From: Acidimicrobiia bacterium
Lineage (GTDB): Bacteria; Actinomycetota; Acidimicrobiia; Spongiisociales; Spongiisociaceae
Assembly: GCA_041576165.1 (NCBI GenBank)
Contig: JBFGLM010000050.1
Coordinates: 1 to 30,998, forward strand
DNA length: 30,998 nucleotides
Direction of reading: 5' to 3'
Position numbers and translations under genes: made by a program. The notes under the pieces were generated by a model. It had not been told where the DNA came from, did not search any database, and was given only the letters and a program-made list of their open reading frames with translations. Positions 1 to 7,804 of the stretch are shown here, piece after piece; positions within the stretch are counted from its first letter, which is position 1; the number at the start of each line of letters is the position of its first letter.

Positions 1-143
1 CGTGAGGACCGAACCCGAAGCCCGCCTCAGCCGTCGGCAAGTGGATGGCCGAGACCAACCAGGAACGTCGCCGGCTCGAAGCCCTCCTCGGCCGGACACC
101 CGCTACGAAGCTAACCGCCGAAGGCGTCAAGGCGCTCGTCGAC
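1..143 (+). pseudogene. Large serine recombinase C-terminal remnant, 5' piece (truncated by window edge, apparently frameshifted)
   Basis: Frame 3 reads AVGKWMAETNQERRRLEALLGRTPATKLTAEGVKALVD, resembling the coiled-coil tail of actinobacterial large serine recombinases. It joins naturally to GLQDITAALAAADP at 2386. There is an in-frame TGA at 3-5. Confidence 0.6.
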
Positions 144-557
144 TACGCGGCTGGCAGCGCTGGTGACTGTCTTCGAGGTTTGAGAGCCGCATCGACGGCT
201 CCAACGCCCATTGGAGGTTGGACTCGAAGGGCGATCAGCGAAGGAGCGAGCCGTGCTGTGCCTCTCCGAGGTGGAGGGATGCCGGTGCAACTAGATCTTG
301 TCCTCGCCTTACTCCCCCGTCTGGTCACCGTGCAAGGTGTCGTTGTCGATCTCCCGAGAGCAGCTTGTCGGCGCTCGCTACGACCGGGTGGGGGTTGCGC
401 CGGAGACGGACCAGTGGCTCGGACCCGTGGCTCACTGATGCGACAGTCAAGGTGCGGAGTGGATGACTAGTCCTCATGAGCACTCGGGTTTTGATGCTCT
501 ACTCAAGAGCCCGGTATTGCCGATGCATGCATTAGAGGCCAATCGGAGAGGCATGGG

Positions 558-2192
558 ATGCGAGGGTCCACCCGCTCGAGGCGCGGATACGCCACCACAC
601 TGATGCGGCTGACGCGGTTGACCCCGCTCCTGCTGGTCGGAGTGCTGCTGACCGGCCCCCTGGCCGGCGGGGCGGCCCATGCCAAGCCTCCCGGGAAGGA
701 CACGACGACCACCACCACGACTCTTCCACCCGGCACGGAAGAGCCCGGTTCGTTCACCCAGTGGGAGGACGCCTCGCACCTCGAAGGTGTCCCGCCGGGC
801 CAGTACAGCGGGTCGATGCCGTGGGTCACCCACCAGCTGACCGGTGCCGCGGACTTCTGGAGGAGCGGCTTCGATGGGTCCGGCATCGATGTCGCCCTCA
901 TCGATACCGGGGTTGTGCCGGTGGACGGTCTCACCTACCCCGGCAAGGTGATCAACGGGGCGGACCTGTCGTTCGAGTCCCAGGCCGACAACCTCCGCTA
1001 TCTGGACACCTTCGGGCACGGCACCCACCTCGCCGGCATCATCGCCGGCCGCGACGACGCCGACACCCACTTCTCCGGCATGGCCCCCGGCGCCAGGATC
1101 GTCAATGTCAAGGTCGCCGACTCCCATGGGGCGGTGGACGTGTCACAGGTGATCGCGGCGATCGTCTGGGTGGTTCAGCACCGGAACGACAACGGGATGA
1201 ACATCCGGGTCATCAGCCTCGCCTACGGCACCGACAGTCTGCAGCCCTATCAGATCGATCCATTGAGCCATGCGGTGGAGATGGCTTGGAAGGCCGGGAT
1301 CGTGGTCGTCGTCGCTGCCGGCAACGACGGCAACGCCGCCCCGCTGCGGAACCCCGCCACCAACCCGTTCGTGATCGCCGTCGGGGCCGCAGAGAACGCA
1401 GGTTCTGTTTTTGACGGTATCGCCAGCTTCTCGAACTGCGGCACCGATGACCGGCACGTCGACCTCCTCGCACCCGGCCGATCCATCCTGAGCCTCCGCA
1501 ACCCCGGCTCCTACGCCGACACCCACTTTCCGGAGGCCGCGGTAGCCGGCAACTACTTCCTGGGGTCGGGCACTAGCCAGGCTGCAGCCGTGGTGGCCGG
1601 TGGGGTTGCCCTGCTGCTCGACAAGGAACCCGACCTGACCCCCGACCAGGTAAAGGCGGCGCTGCAGAAGTCCGCTCAATACGAGGACGACTACAGCAGG
1701 CGCTGCCAGGGCTCTGGAAACCTGGACATGACGGCTCTGTACCGGCAGCGTGTGCTGAACGCCACCACAGTGGCCCAGAAGCACTACGAATCCGACGGCA
1801 CAGGTTCGTTGGAGGCCGCTCGCGGCACCAACCACGTCTACGACGAGGGCGTTCCCCTCACCGGTGAGATGGATATCCTGACCAGTCCCTGGACGGGCTA
1901 CTGCACGATGCTGGACGGCGAGCCGTCCTGCGTCGACACGCTATGGGACGGCGGCACCTTCAACGGTGCGTCGTGGAGCGGTGGGTCGTGGAGCGGTGGG
2001 TCGTGGAGCGGTGGGTCGTGGAGCAGCGCGTCGTGGAGCGGCGCGTCGTGGAGCGGCGCGTCGTGGAGCAGCAAGATCTGGAGTGGTGGCTCGTGGAGTG
2101 GAGGGTCTTGGAGCGGCGGCTCATGGAGCGGTGGCTCGTGGAGTGGTGGCTCGTGGAGCGGCGAGACGTGGTCGGGACTCAGCTGGGACTGA
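558..2192 (+). CDS. Secreted S8 (subtilisin-like) serine protease with C-terminal Trp pentapeptide repeats
   Basis: GGAGAGG RBS at 545-551; signal peptide ending AAHA; triad motifs ALIDTG, GHGTHLAG, GSGTSQAA; oxyanion motif AAGNDG. Confidence 0.93.
   Translation: MRGSTRSRRGYATTLMRLTRLTPLLLVGVLLTGPLAGGAAHAKPPGKDTTTTTTTLPPGTEEPGSFTQWEDASHLEGVPPGQYSGSMPWVTHQLTGAADFWRSGFDGSGIDVALIDTGVVPVDGLTYPGKVINGADLSFESQADNLRYLDTFGHGTHLAGIIAGRDDADTHFSGMAPGARIVNVKVADSHGAVDVSQVIAAIVWVVQHRNDNGMNIRVISLAYGTDSLQPYQIDPLSHAVEMAWKAGIVVVVAAGNDGNAAPLRNPATNPFVIAVGAAENAGSVFDGIASFSNCGTDDRHVDLLAPGRSILSLRNPGSYADTHFPEAAVAGNYFLGSGTSQAAAVVAGGVALLLDKEPDLTPDQVKAALQKSAQYEDDYSRRCQGSGNLDMTALYRQRVLNATTVAQKHYESDGTGSLEAARGTNHVYDEGVPLTGEMDILTSPWTGYCTMLDGEPSCVDTLWDGGTFNGASWSGGSWSGGSWSGGSWSSASWSGASWSGASWSSKIWSGGSWSGGSWSGGSWSGGSWSGGSWSGETWSGLSWD
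1965..2189 (+). repeat. 15 x 15-bp coding tandem repeat, consensus peptide GGSWS
   Basis: 225 bp encoding GASWS/GGSWS/SASWS/SKIWS/GETWS/GLSWD units up to the stop codon; synonymous variation between units. Confidence 0.95.
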
Positions 2193-2215
2193 TCCACACC
2201 TCTCTGTGAGGACCG

Positions 2216-2240
2216 GGCCCCGGGGGCGTCCCTGGGGGCC
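2216..2240 (+). terminator. GC-rich hairpin after the protease gene, possible terminator
   Basis: GGCCCCGGGGG-CGT-CCCTGGGGGCC imperfect inverted repeat; no U-tract. Confidence 0.35.
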
Positions 2241-2276
2241 TCACGTCGGAGACGCCTCGGCCATCCCTCTGCCCGG

Positions 2277-2387
2277 ATCGCTGCCGAGTTCAAAAGCCAT
2301 CGCGGCTACGAAGCGTTCCAAGCCATTTCCGGTGTCGGCCCGGTGTTCGGCGCAGTGTTCACCGCCGAACTCGGCGACGTCACCCGG
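2277..2387 (+). mobile_element. IS110-family transposase fragment
   Basis: Unlisted frame reads IAAEFKSHRGYEAFQAISGVGPVFGAVFTAELGDVTR, matching the 'IPGVGP..A....AEIGD..RF' start of the IS110 C-terminal (Transposase_20) domain. Confidence 0.75.
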
Positions 2388-2586
2388 CCTCCAGGACATC
2401 ACAGCCGCTTTGGCCGCGGCGGACCCGGCGGACAAGGCCAAGGTCTACGCCGAGATGGGGATCGACATCACGAACCACCAAGACGGCCGGGTCGTCGTCG
2501 AATCCCAGCCGCGTGTAGTTGAGTCTGGTGTCGGAGAGAGGACTCGAACCTCCACGCCCTTAAAGGGCACTAGGCCCTCAACCTAG
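2386..2586 (+). pseudogene. Large serine recombinase C-terminal remnant, 3' piece, reading into the tRNA 3' end
   Basis: GLQDITAALAAADPADKAKVYAEMGIDITNHQDGRVVVESQPRVVESGVGERT resembles the extreme C-terminus of actinobacterial serine integrases; the stop codon lies within the antisense tRNA. Confidence 0.65.
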
Positions 2587-2613
2587 CGCGTCTACCAATT
2601 CCGCCACTCCGAC
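2526..2613 (-). tRNA. tRNA-Leu(GAG)
   Basis: Minus strand GTCGGAGTGGCGGAATTGGTAGACGCGCTAGGTTGAGGGCCTAG...GGAGGTTCGAGTCCTCTCTCCGACACCA: anticodon stem CTAGG/CCTAG with GAG, long variable arm, TTCGA T-loop, encoded CCA. Confidence 0.97.
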
Positions 2614-2662
2614 GTGAATGCAACGCGTGGGCAGTGGACTGGCCCCACACGTTGCGGACGGC

Positions 2663-2668
2663 AGTATA
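2663..2668 (-). promoter_or_regulatory. Likely -10 element (TATACT) of the tRNA promoter
   Basis: TATACT about 50 nt upstream of the mature tRNA 5' end; a stem-loop (2620-2655) lies in the putative leader. Confidence 0.5.
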
Positions 2669-2689
2669 CCTGGGGCCCCCCGAGCCGCA

Positions 2690-4597
2690 TCATCCGGTCT
2701 CGACCGTCCACCACTCGGCAACAGATGCCAGTTCGCCGCCGGGCAACGGACTATGTCGGAATCCCCCAATCCGATCAACGACGACGGCCGCCGCATTGAG
2801 CTCCGCGTACAGCGGGATGAAGACCATGTCGTCGAATAGATGCTGTTCCAGTTGGCCGATCAGCTCGCCGACCACGGTCACGTCCACCTGCCCGGAAGCT
2901 TGTTCGAGCGCAGCCTGAAATTGAGCGAATGCGTCGGTGGCACCCGCCCGCCACTGATAGAAGTCTGTTCCGTCTGGCCATGGAGTGATGTGATGCTCGC
3001 GCATATCATCGAGTACACCCCACGGGCCGTAACTCGCCTGCCATGCCCAGGCGGCTACCTCGTATGAACCCGGGATGACCAGATCGAGAAAGTAGGCACC
3101 GGGTTCGGTGCGCGACACGTCGACGACCAGGCCTAGAGGCTCGAGCGCCTCGACCAGACGGCGGGCGAGCATCTCCCGGTTGGCGTCGTTGGCGGTCGTG
3201 GCGAAGGAGATGACAGGCGGAGACTCCGACGCCTCGACCAGAGCGGTGAGGTACTCCGTTGCGGCCGCTCGATCCAAGTCCTCGATGGCGCTCCAGGCCG
3301 GCTCGTCAGCATCCGGCCAGCTGAGTCCGACAACTGAGTCGAGCGGGCGACCAAACGCTCCCTGGACCTCGGCGGCCAGGGCCGGACGGTCGACGAGTGC
3401 TGCGATGGCCCGCCGGACCTCCACATCGTCGGTCAGCGGCGCCGGATTCGCATCGAAACGGCGCGGCCCGAACTGGAACCCGATCTGCTCCCACGCAGGC
3501 CCCCGCTGCACGTCCAGCAGCAGCTCTTCGATGCGGGACAACCCCGTCAGGGTGGCGGGATCACCGCCGACCGAGGCAACATCGACCTCACCGGCTTTGA
3601 CCGCGTCGACCAGATCACCCCGGGTGGGATAGAAGCGGACCTCCAATCCGTCCAGGTACGGCAGCGGGTCGCCGCCATCTGCGCTTCTCCCCCAGAACCT
3701 TTCGTTGGCGATCAGGCGCACCGACGACCGGTCTGGATCTGAGCTGACGAACTGGAATGGACCGCCGGCGGACCACATTGTCTCGTTCCAGGACGTGGCA
3801 AAACCAGTGGCTGTGACTTCGTGCGCGGGCACCAGAACGTCGAACAGGGCTATCCACTCCAAACCGGGCTGGCGCAACCGGTACTCGACCGAGCGACCTT
3901 CCCCGGTCACCGAACCGGGCACGATTCCGCCGTAACGATCGCGCAGATCGGCCCGACCAATGACTCCGCGGGCTACGTCATGGGTACGAATGAAGTCGTC
4001 GACGGTGATCGGGGTACCGTCGGCCCAGACCGCGTCGGGGCGGATGGTATAGCGCACCACCAATTCCCCGACTTCGTTGACGGCGAGGCCGCCATTGTCC
4101 GGTGTGGGCAGCGCTTCGATCACTACCGGAGCCGGCTGTAGGGTCTGAGGATCCATCCGGATGGCGCCCGTGGTGACTGCCCACGTCAAGGCGGCCACAG
4201 GACCCGAGTTGCCGGATGTGCCGAGCGGGTTCAGGGACACGAGATCACCAACGACGCCGACCGTCGCGACCCCTCCGTAGTGAGGACCCACCGGCTCGGC
4301 GACGCCTTCCGGTTCAGTGGTGCGGGTGCTGACAGTGGTGGCCGGCGACGTGGAAACCGGTGCGCTGGTGGTTGGCGCCGCGGTCGTCACGGTCGTGGTG
4401 GGTGCTGTGGACACCACGCTCACCGCAGCCGTAGTCGTCGAAACCTGTGCGGCGGCGACCGCCGTGTCGGAATCGGAACCCGCGAAACGATATGTGGAGG
4501 CGACGGCGAACAGGAGCGCCACAGCTGCGCCGCCCAGCACGTAAGGCGCCCAGGACGACACTCGGCCGCGCAGATCGGGATCTGGCGCGCGGTGCAT
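2690..4597 (-). CDS. ABC transporter substrate-binding protein, family 5 (peptide/nickel type)
   Basis: N-terminal hydrophobic anchor, Thr/Ala-rich linker, motifs WADGTPITVDDF, GGPFQF, VRRAIAALVDR, FIPLY. Confidence 0.88.
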   Translation of the reverse strand: MHRAPDPDLRGRVSSWAPYVLGGAAVALLFAVASTYRFAGSDSDTAVAAAQVSTTTAAVSVVSTAPTTTVTTAAPTTSAPVSTSPATTVSTRTTEPEGVAEPVGPHYGGVATVGVVGDLVSLNPLGTSGNSGPVAALTWAVTTGAIRMDPQTLQPAPVVIEALPTPDNGGLAVNEVGELVVRYTIRPDAVWADGTPITVDDFIRTHDVARGVIGRADLRDRYGGIVPGSVTGEGRSVEYRLRQPGLEWIALFDVLVPAHEVTATGFATSWNETMWSAGGPFQFVSSDPDRSSVRLIANERFWGRSADGGDPLPYLDGLEVRFYPTRGDLVDAVKAGEVDVASVGGDPATLTGLSRIEELLLDVQRGPAWEQIGFQFGPRRFDANPAPLTDDVEVRRAIAALVDRPALAAEVQGAFGRPLDSVVGLSWPDADEPAWSAIEDLDRAAATEYLTALVEASESPPVISFATTANDANREMLARRLVEALEPLGLVVDVSRTEPGAYFLDLVIPGSYEVAAWAWQASYGPWGVLDDMREHHITPWPDGTDFYQWRAGATDAFAQFQAALEQASGQVDVTVVGELIGQLEQHLFDDMVFIPLYAELNAAAVVVDRIGGFRHSPLPGGELASVAEWWTVETG

Positions 4598-4610
4598 GCC
4601 GCGGGCCGGC

Positions 4611-4847
4611 TCAGCCGATCAGCACGGACAGCGCAACGGTGGTGAGGGCGAAGCCGATGCCGGCGTACACCGTCAGCCGCTGAAACGACCGCTCCACCCG
4701 CGTCGTGCCCATGGACGACAGTCCGGCCGATCCGCCGAAGAGGTCAGACATCCCGCCACCCCGGCCCGACTGGAACAGGATCAGCGCGATCATGGCAAGC
4801 GAAACCAGGACATGGATCACGAGAACGATGGCCGTGATGACGCTCAT
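4611..4847 (-). CDS. secG: Preprotein translocase subunit SecG
   Basis: Two hydrophobic segments with LILFQSGRGGGMSDLFGG and VERSFQRLT; position downstream of tpiA. Confidence 0.93.
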   Translation of the reverse strand: MSVITAIVLVIHVLVSLAMIALILFQSGRGGGMSDLFGGSAGLSSMGTTRVERSFQRLTVYAGIGFALTTVALSVLIG

Positions 4848-4972
4848 ACTTCTCTCATTTCGTCGGTTGGATGTAGGTACTGGTGAGATTCACGGGTCGG
4901 TGAGTGAGGCCGGGTCGGCGCCACCTTCCCGGCAGCGGGCAAAGTATGTGGCGCCTATCCGCGCAGGTCAAG

Positions 4973-5713
4973 TTACCCGGCCTGTTGCGCTACTTCAGCA
5001 GCAGCCGCCGAGGCGGCCTCCTGGTCTCCCAGGTAGCGGTCGGACACGTATTGCAGGTCCGCATCGAGCTCGACCAGGAGCGGGATCCCGGTGGGGATGT
5101 TGAGCCCGGAGATGTCGTCATCGGAGATGTCCTTCAGGTGCTTCATCAGCGCCCGCAGGCTGTTGCCGTGAGCCGCCACGAGCACGCGCCGCTCCGTCCG
5201 CAGGTCCGTCACAATCTGGTCATGCCAGTACGGCAGCATACGCTCGACCACGTCCGCCAGGCATTCGGTTGACGGGATGAGGTCTGGCGGAAGCATCCGG
5301 TATCGAGGATCGCCGGCCGGGTGACGCTCGTCCGACCGGTCGAGGGGAGGTGGGGGCGTCGAATAACTCCTTCTCCACTCGAAGACCTGCTCCGCACCGT
5401 GCCGCTCGGCGGTTTCTTTCTTGTTGAGACCCTGCAGCGCCCCATAGTGGCGTTCGTTCAGGCGCCACGAGCGTTTCACATCTATCCAGAGACGGTCCAT
5501 CTCGTCCAGCGCCAAGTTGGCAGTCGTGATGGCACGGCGCAACAGCGAGGTGTGGACAACGTCGAAATCCAGCCCCTCGTCCGCCATCAAATGGCCGGCC
5601 GTCACCGCTTCGTCCATGCCCCGTTCGCTGAGCGGTACGTCGGTCCATCCCGTGAACCGGTTCTCTTTGTTCCAGGTACTTTCGCCGTGTCGCAGCAGGA
5701 CCAGGGTCGTCAT
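4973..5713 (-). CDS. gpmA: 2,3-bisphosphoglycerate-dependent phosphoglycerate mutase
   Basis: [40 protein letters not shown]; GAGGA RBS before ATG at 5713. Confidence 0.97.
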   Translation of the reverse strand: MTTLVLLRHGESTWNKENRFTGWTDVPLSERGMDEAVTAGHLMADEGLDFDVVHTSLLRRAITTANLALDEMDRLWIDVKRSWRLNERHYGALQGLNKKETAERHGAEQVFEWRRSYSTPPPPLDRSDERHPAGDPRYRMLPPDLIPSTECLADVVERMLPYWHDQIVTDLRTERRVLVAAHGNSLRALMKHLKDISDDDISGLNIPTGIPLLVELDADLQYVSDRYLGDQEAASAAAAEVAQQAG

Positions 5714-5734
5714 AGATTCCTCTTGTGTCACAGA

Positions 5735-6502
5735 TCAGGTCCAGTAACGGATCACGCCGGCGAAGGTGTCGGGGTCGAGGGATGCTCCCCCGACAAGGGC
5801 GCCGTCGATGTCCTTTTTCGCCATGATGGCGGCAATGTTGCCAGGGTTCACCGAGCCACCGTAGAGGACCCGGGTGTGGTCGGCGGCTTCTGCATGCCGG
5901 TCGCGGATCTGTTCGCGAATGAATCCGCACGTTGCCTGGGCGTCGTCGGGTTCGGCGTGGCGGCCGGTGCCGATCGCCCACACCGGCTCGTAGGCGATCA
6001 CCAGGCTGGCAACCGTGTCCGCATCCATCCCCTTGAGAGCCCCATGCAACTGTCCAGAGACCACCTCCTCCACCTGGCCGGCTTCCCGTTGATCCAATGT
6101 CTCACCCATGGCGATGATTGGTGTCATGCCGGCCTGAATCACCGCCTTCGCCTTGCGGTTGACCATTTCGTCGCCCTCTCCGAACTGCGCCCGCCGCTCG
6201 CTGTGGCCCACGATCACGTACGCGACCGACAGCTTGGCCAGCATCCGGGCCGAGATCTCGCCCGTGTACGCGCCCTCGTCGGCCCAGTGCACGTTTTGAG
6301 CGCCAATGCCCAGCGGCAAGTTGTCCATCTCGATCACGGTCTGTACTGAACGCAAAGCCGTGAACGGCGGGATGACGACCACCTCGACCCGGTCGTAATC
6401 GCCGGGGTCAAGCCGGTACGCCAGCTTCTGCACCATCTGGATCGCCTCCAGGTGGGTGGCGTTCATCTTCCAGTTGCCTGCCATCAGTTCCTTGCGGCTC
6501 AT
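5735..6502 (-). CDS. tpiA: Triosephosphate isomerase
   Basis: AGNWKMN, VGHSERR, AYEPVWAIGTG, LVGGASL; ATGA overlap with the pgk stop. Confidence 0.98.
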   Translation of the reverse strand: MSRKELMAGNWKMNATHLEAIQMVQKLAYRLDPGDYDRVEVVVIPPFTALRSVQTVIEMDNLPLGIGAQNVHWADEGAYTGEISARMLAKLSVAYVIVGHSERRAQFGEGDEMVNRKAKAVIQAGMTPIIAMGETLDQREAGQVEEVVSGQLHGALKGMDADTVASLVIAYEPVWAIGTGRHAEPDDAQATCGFIREQIRDRHAEAADHTRVLYGGSVNPGNIAAIMAKKDIDGALVGGASLDPDTFAGVIRYWT

Positions 6503-7683
6503 TGGCCCCACCTCTCGAGAGCGGCGACTCCGGGCAATTCTCTACCCTCTAGGTACTCCAGCCCGGCGCCGCCGCCGGTTGACACGTGTGACAGCTGATC
6601 GGCTAGACCGAACATGCGCAACGCCGCGATCGAGTCGCCGCCTCCTGCCACCGAGAATCCCTCCGTTGCGGCCATCGCAGTTGCGATCGCCTTCGTGCCG
6701 GCCTGGAATGCTTGCCACTCGAAGACACCCATGGGACCGTTCCAGAAGACCGATCCTGCTCCTTCGATGACCTTGACGAAATGCTCGCTGGTGATCGGAC
6801 CAATATCCAATCCCATCTCGTCTTCGGTCATCTCCTCGACGGCCGCCACCCGATGGCCGGCATCTGCTGCGAAGGAGTCGGCTGCAACCACGTCGCCGGG
6901 GAGATTCACGCGCCCGCCAAACTCGCCCCGAAGCAGATCCTCCAGCGAGTCCACAAGATCATCCTCCACGAGCGAATCGCCGACCTCGTAGCCTTCGGCC
7001 TTGAGCAGGGTGAAACACATGCCGCCTCCGACAAGCATCGCGTCGACTTTAGGTAGCAGCGACTGCATGACGGGCAGCTTGTCCGACACCTTGGCACCTC
7101 CCAGCACGACCACATAGGGACGCACCGGATCGTTGATCAACTTCGATAGCGCGTTGAGCTCAGCGACCATCAGCGGCCCAGCTGCCGAGCGGAGGTGGTC
7201 GGTGACCCCTACGGTCGACGCGTGAGCACGGTGGGCAGATCCGAATGCATCAAGCACGAACAATCCGGCCAGTCTTGCGAGTGCGGCGCCCAGTGCGGGA
7301 TCGTTGGCCGTTTCGCCCGCCTCGAACCTGGTGTTCTCCAGCAGCACCACGCCACCCGGCTCCAGGTCAGCAGCCAGAGAACGCGCAGAGCCTCCGACGA
7401 CATCGCTGGCCTGTTGCACAGCAAAGCCGCCGAGTTCTGCCAGCCGACGCCCGACCGGGACCATCGAGTATTGGGGGTCCACCGAGCCCTTCGGACGCCC
7501 CAGGTGGCTGCAAACAACGACTCCGGCTCCGGCTTCACGCAATCGCTCGATGGTCGGGATCGCGGCGAGGATCCGGAAGTCGTCCTCCACTCGACCGGCG
7601 TCCACCGGAACGTTGAGGTCCGTGCGCAACAGGACCCGGGCACCTGCCAGGTCAACGTCGTCCAGCGTGAGAAAGGTGTGCAT
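6499..7683 (-). CDS. pgk: Phosphoglycerate kinase
   Basis: RTDLNVP, SHLGRPKG, GGAKVSDK, WNGPMGVFE, HVSTGGGA; start trimmed to MHTFLTLDD. Confidence 0.97.
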   Translation of the reverse strand: MHTFLTLDDVDLAGARVLLRTDLNVPVDAGRVEDDFRILAAIPTIERLREAGAGVVVCSHLGRPKGSVDPQYSMVPVGRRLAELGGFAVQQASDVVGGSARSLAADLEPGGVVLLENTRFEAGETANDPALGAALARLAGLFVLDAFGSAHRAHASTVGVTDHLRSAAGPLMVAELNALSKLINDPVRPYVVVLGGAKVSDKLPVMQSLLPKVDAMLVGGGMCFTLLKAEGYEVGDSLVEDDLVDSLEDLLRGEFGGRVNLPGDVVAADSFAADAGHRVAAVEEMTEDEMGLDIGPITSEHFVKVIEGAGSVFWNGPMGVFEWQAFQAGTKAIATAMAATEGFSVAGGGDSIAALRMFGLADQLSHVSTGGGAGLEYLEGRELPGVAALERWGQ

Positions 7684-7804
7684 GAACAAAGCCTCTACAT
7701 CTGTTGTGATCGGCCCGCCTCGATCGGACGGGCAACACATTCCGAATCTACCCACCCGGTGGGGCGCCCCGGGTGAGCAGGCGGCAAGATAGCCTGCAAG
7801 CCGG

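Noticed and set aside
45-470. 141-aa ORF as a real gene
   Set aside because: Only the first ~33 codons resemble a recombinase; the rest is read-through into the insert.
503-526. TCAAG...GCCGATGC as a sigma-28 promoter for the protease
   Set aside because: TCAA to GCCGAT spacing is 12 nt, 3-4 short of consensus, so it is not supportable without a motif scan.
1965-2189. Repeat array as a possible CRISPR
   Set aside because: Contiguous 15-bp units with no spacers, in frame within a CDS, and no cas genes.
2-2215. 10-bp direct repeat GTGAGGACCG at 2-11 and 2206-2215
   Set aside because: Short, GC-rich and not at the inferred junctions (143/2386); likely chance.
1898-2293. Alternative-frame ORFs with HEPPL, VVERW or RGAVG repeats
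   Set aside because: Shadow translations of the protease repeat. Only the last part of the 1966-2586 ORF (from 2386) appears meaningful.
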